Translations under genes and position numbers: made by a program | Origin: a virus | Taxonomy: Duplodnaviria; Caudoviricetes | Direction: 5' to 3' (one strand) | Length of the DNA stretch: 64,000 nucleotides | IMG/VR virus record: IMGVR_UViG_3300009710_000010 | Location: 1-64,000 of that record | Notes under the pieces: model-generated | What the model saw: only the letters and a program-made list of their open reading frames with translations | Told to the model about the DNA's origin: nothing | Database searches by the model: none | Shown: one piece after another, positions 20,361-27,812 of the stretch | How positions within the stretch are numbered: position 1 is the stretch's first letter | Layout: every line of letters starts with the position of its first letter

Positions 20361-21575
20361 ATGTCAACTGGTAAAGGTTCAAAATCAATAAGAAAAAGTC
20401 AACAAGGTAATGATTTATTGCCTTCGGTTGGTTTTCTTAATACAGTAGCTAAGCACAAAGCTACCCTTAATCAAACTGTAATTAATTTAGGTTCTTTAAC
20501 TACACCTCCAGAAGCAACCGCTCTTGGATTCGTTCAACCTTCTGGCGGAACTCTTGCGGCTTTGGATCTTCAACGTTATAAAAACAACGTTAAGGTAATG
20601 TCTACTACAAAGGGTATATTAGATAATCCAATAGATTATCGTATTACTGGAACATCTCAAATTACTCTTGCAGATGGTGCCGCAGATGGCGAGATCTTTA
20701 CTATTATGGTGGAATCTCAACCTAGAAGTGGTATCAATATAGTAGCGGCACAGCCTAAAGTTGCATCATATCTTTTACCCGCAGGTCAGACTGATATTCC
20801 TGCAGGAACCTACACGGTTAATAAAAACCCAGGTGAAGATATTGGCGAGTTTATCGTAATCGTTGATCGCGAAGTTCAATATAGAAATACCGGGAATGGC
20901 GTTTCAGGTGGAGATTATCAAGAGATTGCCGGTCTAGTAAGAATGAACGATTATGATCCAATTAATGACCGTAAAGTCGTATTAGTGTGGGTTGGTGCTT
21001 TAGTTGATAATCCTCAAGATACTCAATTAGCTTTAATTCAAACCCTTCAAGGTCAAATTGACGCGATGGTTCCCGCATTAGCTGCAGTTACTGGACTTTC
21101 TGAAAGTACTTTTCAAACATCGCCAAATGATCCTGATCTTTTAGCATTTTCTGCGTCGGTCATCGCTTTAGCAGCTAGAGTGACCGCTTTAGAATCTGCT
21201 AATAATATGACGTCCTACACTCCCACATCTGGATGGGAGACTGGGGTTCCAAGTGGTTCATTAAAATCTATTTCTGCAGCTACTGTAATTCGAATTAATA
21301 AAGATATACACGTAACCGGTACTGCTTTTTTTAGAAATGACACCTCAAATCTAAATATTTCATGGTCGCTTCCTATAACTAACGGACTAATTCCTGCACT
21401 AGTTAGCGGGACTATGGTTAGAACCAATGAAGCAGGTACAGGTTCAGTAGGTGCTTTGCAAAGAATGAACGCAGTAGCTAATAACTCCACTACAATTTTT
21501 TGGCAAGGTTCTGGAATGGGAATACCTGGAAATGATGGTTGGTATACATATTCATTTATTTATAGGTTAGCATAA
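20361..21575 (+). CDS. Tail fibre-associated protein
   Basis: DY.I.GTSQITL / GDYQE modules, coiled coil ARVTALE, C-terminal SYTP...Y.. beta domain. Confidence 0.6.
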   Translation: MSTGKGSKSIRKSQQGNDLLPSVGFLNTVAKHKATLNQTVINLGSLTTPPEATALGFVQPSGGTLAALDLQRYKNNVKVMSTTKGILDNPIDYRITGTSQITLADGAADGEIFTIMVESQPRSGINIVAAQPKVASYLLPAGQTDIPAGTYTVNKNPGEDIGEFIVIVDREVQYRNTGNGVSGGDYQEIAGLVRMNDYDPINDRKVVLVWVGALVDNPQDTQLALIQTLQGQIDAMVPALAAVTGLSESTFQTSPNDPDLLAFSASVIALAARVTALESANNMTSYTPTSGWETGVPSGSLKSISAATVIRINKDIHVTGTAFFRNDTSNLNISWSLPITNGLIPALVSGTMVRTNEAGTGSVGALQRMNAVANNSTTIFWQGSGMGIPGNDGWYTYSFIYRLA

Positions 21576-21608
21576 TGAGATTTATAATAAGAGAGCTTGG
21601 AGAATAAC

Positions 21609-22061
21609 ATGGGCGATCCACTAGTAAGACGTATTGCCAACGCAAACATCAAACCTAATAAATTACAAACTAAAATATTAGGTTCTAATGTTCAATTAAA
21701 TACCACTTTAAGTAGTTTTACTTTTAATAATCTTCAAGTTGGTAAGACTTACCATTTAACAGGTACGTTTTTTATTAGATTGGATGACGTAACTAATGAT
21801 GACGCGGCAACTATAAATATTTTAAATGGTGCAACAAACATTTTACAATTTACGGCGTTGATAGGTGCTCCAGATTCTCAAGCAGATAATCAGTACATGC
21901 CTGTAGATTTAAAGTTCGTAGCAACTGCAACTACGATTACAGTTACTACTTTAGATTTTAGTACATCTAGCTACATAATAGGAAACGGTAGTACATCCGC
22001 AGGATCTTATTTACAATTAGAAGAACGTAATGACGTCGTTGATACAACGGACTTTACATAA
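21609..22061 (+). CDS. Small beta-sandwich tail appendage protein
   Basis: TFNNLQVGKTYHL..F.AT.TTIT pattern; ATG at 21609 preceded by GGAG. Confidence 0.5.
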   Translation: MGDPLVRRIANANIKPNKLQTKILGSNVQLNTTLSSFTFNNLQVGKTYHLTGTFFIRLDDVTNDDAATINILNGATNILQFTALIGAPDSQADNQYMPVDLKFVATATTITVTTLDFSTSSYIIGNGSTSAGSYLQLEERNDVVDTTDFT

Positions 22062-22070
22062 GGATGATGA

Positions 22071-23063
22071 ATGAATAATCAATTAACTCCTAGAATTAAT
22101 ATATTAGAAAGAAACGTCTTAATTGACGGTGGTATGAACATTTGGCCTCAAGGAACTTCTCGTTCAGTGGCAAATAATACTTCACTATTTGGTGCAGTAT
22201 TATTCAAATGTAATAATTCTGCGTCAAATATCAGCGTTACTAATAGCCAGCAAGCTGCTATCGGTACTAATAAATTAACGTTTTCAAATCAAATTTCTAA
22301 AACTGCAGCTGGTACTTTAGCAAGTGGTACGGCAATCAATCTTGAATATGGTATTGAGGGTCAAGATTTAGAACGTATTTATGGCAATAATTTCAGTATC
22401 ATATTTATCGTTAAGTCTTCAGTCGCATCGACAAGATCTGTAAGCATTAGAAATTCTACAGGAACACACTCTTATGTGAAACAGTATACTATTGCTGCGG
22501 CAAACACGCCTCAGTTGGTTGTACTTCCTTTTGCTGCTTTATCTACTTGTCCAGGAACTATTAACAGAGATAACACATTAGGTATTTTAGTTGATTTTTC
22601 TGTAATTACAGGATCAGGTGGTTCTACATTCACATTAAATCAATGGGTTTCTGGAGGATTCTTATCGGGTACTGGTGAAGATTCTACTTGGTTGACTGGA
22701 ACAAATCATGACTTTTCTATTGCTGGTGCAATGATTATTCCTGGCGACTGGACTGGTCTAACTCTTGCGACTTACGATTTTGTTAGAGCAACGGCTAATG
22801 CTCAAACTGAACTAACTGCAACTCAAAGATATTATGAAACACTAAGTGCTCCAGGTATTACAGTTTCAAATCCTGGAGCAAGTCCTCAAACTATTAGGGC
22901 AACTTGGCAATATAAAGTTACTAAACGGGTTACTCCAACAGTAACTGTTGGAACCGGAGCTATAGATAACGTTTCTGATGGTGCCGCTTCTTCGTATTCA
23001 AATAATGTTCCAGCGGCCGGTACTTATACAACTGCTAATTGGTCTGCAGACGCTAGATTTTAA
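22071..23063 (+). CDS. Tail fibre-like protein, paralog of the C-terminus of 14927..19459
   Basis: RNVLIDGGMNIW.QG...E...QRYYE..Y.V.KR.TP....WSADARF. Confidence 0.6.
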   Translation: MNNQLTPRINILERNVLIDGGMNIWPQGTSRSVANNTSLFGAVLFKCNNSASNISVTNSQQAAIGTNKLTFSNQISKTAAGTLASGTAINLEYGIEGQDLERIYGNNFSIIFIVKSSVASTRSVSIRNSTGTHSYVKQYTIAAANTPQLVVLPFAALSTCPGTINRDNTLGILVDFSVITGSGGSTFTLNQWVSGGFLSGTGEDSTWLTGTNHDFSIAGAMIIPGDWTGLTLATYDFVRATANAQTELTATQRYYETLSAPGITVSNPGASPQTIRATWQYKVTKRVTPTVTVGTGAIDNVSDGAASSYSNNVPAAGTYTTANWSADARF

Positions 23064-23074
23064 TGGAGATATAA

Positions 23075-23824
23075 ATGTCTAATTCAATATGGAATAGAAA
23101 ACGTAATTACCAAATACCAGATTCTCTAACTCACACAGCTGGTACAATTTCTGCAGTATTTGGGACTACGACATATAACGCAAATTTGTCGGGCCTTACT
23201 GCCATGGCTCTTTATTATCTTTACATTCGTAAAGTCTCAGGAGTTACAAGTTTAGTATACGTTACTACTGCTCCCCAATCAATGAGAACATCGTTCTCTG
23301 ATGCAGTTTTAATAGGTGCCTTCTACGCTAACGGAATTACTGCAGGTGTTGGATTTGGATCCTTCGTAAATATAGAGGGTGTTCCTCAATCTCAAGTTTT
23401 TAATTATACTGGTACTGGAACTTGGACCAATACGGTTATAACTAGTAGAACTAAAGTTGTAGGCGATAAGATGGAATTAAATCAAACAATTCAGTTTACC
23501 GGAGTACCCGCATCTGGTGTTTTTGCGTTAAATTTACCATCGAATATCACTATGGACAACACCAAATTATCTAGTACTACTGGATTCAACTATGATTCTA
23601 ATTTACCAGGAAGAGCTAAAATGATCGTAGGTTCGGCATACGAAGGTTCTGTATTGAGAAACTCAGATACGTCTTATGTATTATCATATTTAGATGTAAA
23701 TGCTAACGCTGCGTTTGTTACACCTACAGCTCCTGCGGCATTCTCTGCAGCTGGACATTACATTCATGTTGAAGTGATACTTCCTATATTAAATTATTCT
23801 AACGTACCGTTAAAGGATAGATAA
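23075..23824 (+). CDS. Tail fibre/receptor-binding module protein, paralog of 19459..20331
   Basis: LIGAFY...FGSFVNIEGVP motif. Confidence 0.6.
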   Translation: MSNSIWNRKRNYQIPDSLTHTAGTISAVFGTTTYNANLSGLTAMALYYLYIRKVSGVTSLVYVTTAPQSMRTSFSDAVLIGAFYANGITAGVGFGSFVNIEGVPQSQVFNYTGTGTWTNTVITSRTKVVGDKMELNQTIQFTGVPASGVFALNLPSNITMDNTKLSSTTGFNYDSNLPGRAKMIVGSAYEGSVLRNSDTSYVLSYLDVNANAAFVTPTAPAAFSAAGHYIHVEVILPILNYSNVPLKDR

Positions 23825-24162
23825 TGAAGATTGCAATTGTTAATTTAAAGAATAAAAAGGTAGAATTCTCGTATGAAGCCGAAGATATAAACATCAAATC
23901 TTTTGGTGGTCCTTGGGGTGACCCATCACAATGTGAACACATCAAGATCCCTCAAGAATTAGAGTCAGAACCTATTGAAAACTTAGAATCATACGACGGT
24001 GAAGAGCAAATTAGTACTGAAACGGTATTGGACGGCGAAGAACAAGCTTATGATTCTAATAATAGACCCGTTCGAAATCCTTTAGGATTGCCCGTTATGG
24101 TACCTAAATATAAAGAAGTTCCAGTTATAAAACAAACCCGTTTAATGAGGATAAAACAATGA
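23824..24162 (+). CDS. Hypothetical protein (possible fibre assembly factor)
   Basis: 112 aa, FGGPWG motif, translationally coupled to the fibre gene. Confidence 0.5.
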   Translation: MKIAIVNLKNKKVEFSYEAEDINIKSFGGPWGDPSQCEHIKIPQELESEPIENLESYDGEEQISTETVLDGEEQAYDSNNRPVRNPLGLPVMVPKYKEVPVIKQTRLMRIKQ

Positions 24163-24458
24163 AACTAAAAATAAAATCATTTAATAAAACAGTCGCTGCG
24201 TCTGCTACGCCTGAGCAATTGACTAAAGACAAAATCATTACGTCTAACGCGCGTATCAAAGCTTTAAATACTAATACAAATCCAGTGTTTATTGGTGGAG
24301 AAGATGCTCAAACTTATCCTCTAATTGCTAATCAAGAGTTAGCGTTAAACGAATTGTTTTCTAAATCTGGAGCTGATGAAGTTGACTTATCAGAGATATT
24401 CTGTAAAGTTACTACAAACGGTGAAGGCGTAGCAATCATTTACGGTGATAAAAAATAG
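24159..24458 (+). CDS. Hypothetical small beta protein
   Basis: 99 aa, IKA...NT..VFIG motif, ATGA overlap. Confidence 0.55.
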   Translation: MKLKIKSFNKTVAASATPEQLTKDKIITSNARIKALNTNTNPVFIGGEDAQTYPLIANQELALNELFSKSGADEVDLSEIFCKVTTNGEGVAIIYGDKK

Positions 24459-24486
24459 ATACGATTGTATACTTTAGGAGTACATT

Positions 24487-24945
24487 ATGATTACAATGAA
24501 TGAATTGTTAATGGGTCGACAAACGTTCGACCAATTGACTCCTGAACAACAGAAGAATGCTACAGAATTACTAAGCAAAATTAATATAATTCGTGCTGCG
24601 TATGGTAAACCAATGAAGGTTAACGATGGTATTCGCAGACCTCAAGATACTCCTAAAAACGGTGCGGCTAAATCAAAACATTTATTAGGTCAGGCGATAG
24701 ACATCGATGACGATGATACATTATTTATGTGGAAATGGTGTTTGGCCAATCTAGATCTTATTCAAAAAGCTGGTTTATATTTAGAAGATCCGCGATGGAC
24801 TCATGGTTCTGTAGGAACATGGATGCATTTTCAATCAGTACCTCCTGCTTCTGGTAAACGGATATTCGTTCCTTCAACGGCTCCAGCATCTGCTCCAAAT
24901 ATTTGGGATGGAAAGTACGATCCAAAATACGATAAAGTGATATAA
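24487..24945 (+). CDS. Endolysin, peptidase M15 family
   Basis: IR..YGKPM.V.DG.R, GAAKSKH..G.A.DI, W.H.Q zinc-ligand pattern. Confidence 0.85.
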   Translation: MITMNELLMGRQTFDQLTPEQQKNATELLSKINIIRAAYGKPMKVNDGIRRPQDTPKNGAAKSKHLLGQAIDIDDDDTLFMWKWCLANLDLIQKAGLYLEDPRWTHGSVGTWMHFQSVPPASGKRIFVPSTAPASAPNIWDGKYDPKYDKVI

Positions 24946-24951
24946 AACTTA

Positions 24952-25023
24952 GGCGCCAGGTAGGACTCGAACCTACAGTCTCCCAGGTATCTACCCGAGG
25001 TTTTACCATTAAATTACTGGCGT
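24952..25023 (-). tRNA. tRNA-like RNA with an atypical 8-nt anticodon loop (Ile-GAU-like or pseudo-tRNA)
   Basis: ACGCCAG TA ATTT AATGGT AAAA C CTCGG GTAGATAC CTGGG AGACT GTAGG TTCGAGT CCTAC CTGGCGC C: perfect T arm, 6/7 acceptor pairs, no encoded CCA. Confidence 0.65.
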
Positions 25024-25029
25024 GCTATC

Positions 25030-25185
25030 CCAAGAACCTTCTGGACTTATTTAAAGTCTCGAGGGTAATTACGTCCTCTACTCCTTCAACTTATACCAGC
25101 TTGGTTTTTACAGCGTATCGATCTATGGCCGGCACAGCCGATACTTCTGCCTCTTGCGTCTGGATGATCACTTCCACGACCGCAA
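25030..25185 (-). ncRNA. Candidate structured RNA directly 5' of the tRNA-like element
   Basis: Three consecutive stem-loop domains in a GC-enriched intergenic region; extended -10 TGATAAT just upstream. Confidence 0.4.
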
Positions 25186-25227
25186 TAAATAACTATTTAA
25201 TTATCAAAGAACAAAGTCCGTTTCGTT

Positions 25228-25527
25228 CTATTTAATCGTAACTAAAGATTCACCAATATTTACAGCAATAGATCCATCTTTATTGATTGAATATTGAGTA
25301 CCATCACCCACTAAATTATAAATAATAGATTTAATCGTTGATGCGTTACTTGAATTAACGCGTTGGCCTACATAGGGTTTTAACGCTTCTGTTAATTTCT
25401 CCTCAAGAGTTAATTTCTTTTTATCTTCTTTAGAAGGTTCTTGAACAGGTTCAACGACCGTTTCAGTTGATGCTTCTACTATTGCTTCATCTTGCTGAAC
25501 TTCTTCAGCTTGTTTCTTTTTAGCCAT
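25228..25527 (-). CDS. Hypothetical protein
   Basis: 99-aa ORF with AAGGAG RBS. Confidence 0.6.
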   Translation of the reverse strand: MAKKKQAEEVQQDEAIVEASTETVVEPVQEPSKEDKKKLTLEEKLTEALKPYVGQRVNSSNASTIKSIIYNLVGDGTQYSINKDGSIAVNIGESLVTIK

Positions 25528-25538
25528 TAGTGTCTCCT

Positions 25539-26204
25539 TTAAATTTGTTCTAAAACTTTAATCATGTGTTCTGCAAGACCTGGTTCTTGGCGCCACGCTC
25601 CTGCACCTTCTGACCAATAGATTCTAATAGCAGTCCTCCATTGTGGGTTATACTTCTTCCACATGCGAACGTACTCAGGACCTGCCATCATCATGACTGA
25701 AATCAATTGATTAGGTTCATTTAGTGGTGCAAATTTACAGTTAAACAATATACTTAATCGTAAATTAATCTTCCCTAATAACTTAGGTTCTAAGTCAGAA
25801 CATATACGCAAATGATTCATTGTATCCGGTGCTAAAATATCTGCACCATTTGGAAATTTCTTTAAAGTTCCTGGGTAATCTGCTTCAGTATTTTGAGCGC
25901 GGTATCCACGGTCTTTCGCTGCGTAATATAACTTTCTAACCGTTTCAGCATGCCCTTGTTTTTTAAGTCCAGCAACTAAACAATTTAATTGGTCACGCGT
26001 AAAGTTTTTATGATTATTTGATGGTTCCTCAGTCGGATGCCTCATTGCAACCACTACACCATTCTCATCGTATTTAATATACTTCATGAGATCAATTGAT
26101 TCTGCGTTGTAATCAAACAGGACCATAAGTCCTGCTAATCTGGCTGAATCCATTTTATCTGTAGCACCAACGTCTTTTGGAAGACCTAATTCATCAAAAA
26201 TCAT
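25539..26204 (-). CDS. Hypothetical alpha-helical protein
   Basis: 221 aa, D.MDSAR..G, RHP and FTRDQL motifs; AGGAG RBS. Confidence 0.65.
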   Translation of the reverse strand: MIFDELGLPKDVGATDKMDSARLAGLMVLFDYNAESIDLMKYIKYDENGVVVAMRHPTEEPSNNHKNFTRDQLNCLVAGLKKQGHAETVRKLYYAAKDRGYRAQNTEADYPGTLKKFPNGADILAPDTMNHLRICSDLEPKLLGKINLRLSILFNCKFAPLNEPNQLISVMMMAGPEYVRMWKKYNPQWRTAIRIYWSEGAGAWRQEPGLAEHMIKVLEQI

Positions 26205-26299
26205 TTTAACTCCTAAATAAAAATCGGGCTAGTCTTTTATAATACAGATTGCTGTACATATTATATAGTTTCTAGCCCTAACCCAAGGCAATCTCGGGG

Positions 26300-26767
26300 T
26301 TAAAACTCGAATCCTAAACCAAGAATCAATCCTGATTTTTTAGTAATATCAACACCAATCATTGGAACTAATCCCATGTCGAATTGATATTGATAAGTTA
26401 AAGCAGGAACATATCCAGTATTAACTTTCGCTTCTGCAGAATATTCAGGTCCTGTAGTATCTCGATCTGTAGTGATATCTTGAACACTCTTATGAGCAAT
26501 AACGCTAATAATATGCTTTTTAATTTTAGTAGTTTCTTTTTCAACTACTCTTTCAGCATAAACAACTTTCTCCTTAACTACTTCTTTTAAAGATTGTTCT
26601 TTAAGTTGTTTTTTTAATCTAGAAATCTCAGCATATGCAGATTTCAATCGCTCATCACAAGTTTTGACTGGAGTACAGCTGTATTCTTGTTCACCGTCTT
26701 TGATAGTTTTAGCTTCACTTGCTGATACATAACCCAATGCAATCGCAATAATCATTAAATATTTCAT
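26300..26767 (-). CDS. Secreted coiled-coil protein with a C-terminal outer-membrane beta signature
   Basis: Signal peptide MKYLMIIAIALGYVSASEA, coiled coil, alternating beta strands ending LGLGFEF. Confidence 0.6.
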   Translation of the reverse strand: MKYLMIIAIALGYVSASEAKTIKDGEQEYSCTPVKTCDERLKSAYAEISRLKKQLKEQSLKEVVKEKVVYAERVVEKETTKIKKHIISVIAHKSVQDITTDRDTTGPEYSAEAKVNTGYVPALTYQYQFDMGLVPMIGVDITKKSGLILGLGFEF

Positions 26768-26779
26768 TTTATACCTCAA

Positions 26780-27697
26780 TTACTGTTGTTGTAAAGAACC
26801 GTTAGATAATACTTTGAACTTACAAGATGTACCATCGGTTGTTGTATATAAAGTGTTGATTGCAAGTTCAGCTAAATAAACACGTTCTAAATCGTCGCAA
26901 TATCCGTATTGATTCATAGCTGCATAGTATTTACCACCAATTTTAATGAAGAATTCTTTAGCGTTAGAGCATGGAGCTTTAACCATAGTTACTTGTTGAC
27001 CATTAACCAAAGTAGTCAAATTTGTGACTGAATTATTAATATTAACTACTTGAGTATTTAAGTTATTAACTGTGTTTGTAACCGCATTAAGCATTGAAAT
27101 CGTTGCGAAGTTATTGTTAATGTACAACTGTAATGCATCAAGTTGAGATTGCGTTACACCATTTTGATTAACAATATTATTAACTTGTACTGTTAAGTTA
27201 TTTACAGTTTGATTCATTGCTTGTAAAGCTGTAACACGCGCATCTAAATTAGAGATCGACGTGTTTACACCAATCAATTGTTGGTTAATGTAAGCCGTGA
27301 TACTTGAATTTAGATTCGATATTTGTTGTTGAACCGATGCTTGTAGCGCATTAATTTGAGCTTGCAAATTATTGTCTGCCGCAATACGATTATTAATTTC
27401 AGCTTGTAACGCAGCCTGTTGCGCTGCATCTGCGTTAGCCATTTGAGCTTGTAAAGCTGTAATTTGATTTTGTAAGTTTGTATGTTCTGCTTGATGTTGG
27501 GCTAACGTATTCTCAATAACAGATACCCGAGCCGCTAATAACGCGTCGTTTGCTGCATTCAATTGTAAACTTTGTTCAATTACAGTCATGCGAGCATCGT
27601 TTGCAGAACCGTCCTTTGCTTCTACTCGTACTGTTTCAGTTTCTTTAGCACAACCTGCTAACAAAACCAATCCTAGAACCATTACTAACTTTTTCAT
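26780..27697 (-). CDS. Lipoprotein with a long N/Q-rich coiled coil and a Cys-bracketed C-terminal domain
   Basis: MKKLVMVLGLVLLAG-C lipobox; heptads; PC...YTTTDG.SC.F.V. Confidence 0.7.
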   Translation of the reverse strand: MKKLVMVLGLVLLAGCAKETETVRVEAKDGSANDARMTVIEQSLQLNAANDALLAARVSVIENTLAQHQAEHTNLQNQITALQAQMANADAAQQAALQAEINNRIAADNNLQAQINALQASVQQQISNLNSSITAYINQQLIGVNTSISNLDARVTALQAMNQTVNNLTVQVNNIVNQNGVTQSQLDALQLYINNNFATISMLNAVTNTVNNLNTQVVNINNSVTNLTTLVNGQQVTMVKAPCSNAKEFFIKIGGKYYAAMNQYGYCDDLERVYLAELAINTLYTTTDGTSCKFKVLSNGSLQQQ

Positions 27698-27812
27698 AAA
27701 ATCTCCCCGCCTTAAAGGCATTTATTTGTCTATAATATAACTATAAAACAAAAATTTGCCCACTAACAAATTTTTGTAGTGGATTATCACAATAGTACAT
27801 ATCAAAATGATA

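Noticed and set aside
2080-21490. Antisense and alternate-frame ORFs in the track (e.g. 2080-2418, 3079-3291, 8193-8375, 10065-10364, 15544-15909, 21215-21490)
   Set aside because: Fully nested in long genes, with no RBS or motifs; shadow ORFs.
14927-23824. Diversity-generating retroelement or shufflon in the fibre array
   Set aside because: No reverse transcriptase, no TR/VR pair differing at adenines, and all cassettes are co-oriented with no identical crossover repeats seen.
24758-25009. 83-aa minus-strand ORF
   Set aside because: Starts inside the tRNA-like element and runs antisense to the endolysin.
24952-25023. Amber suppressor tRNA or stop-codon recoding
   Set aside because: The loop has no CUA anticodon; long genes are intact in code 11 and TAG ends several genes normally (groEL, polA).
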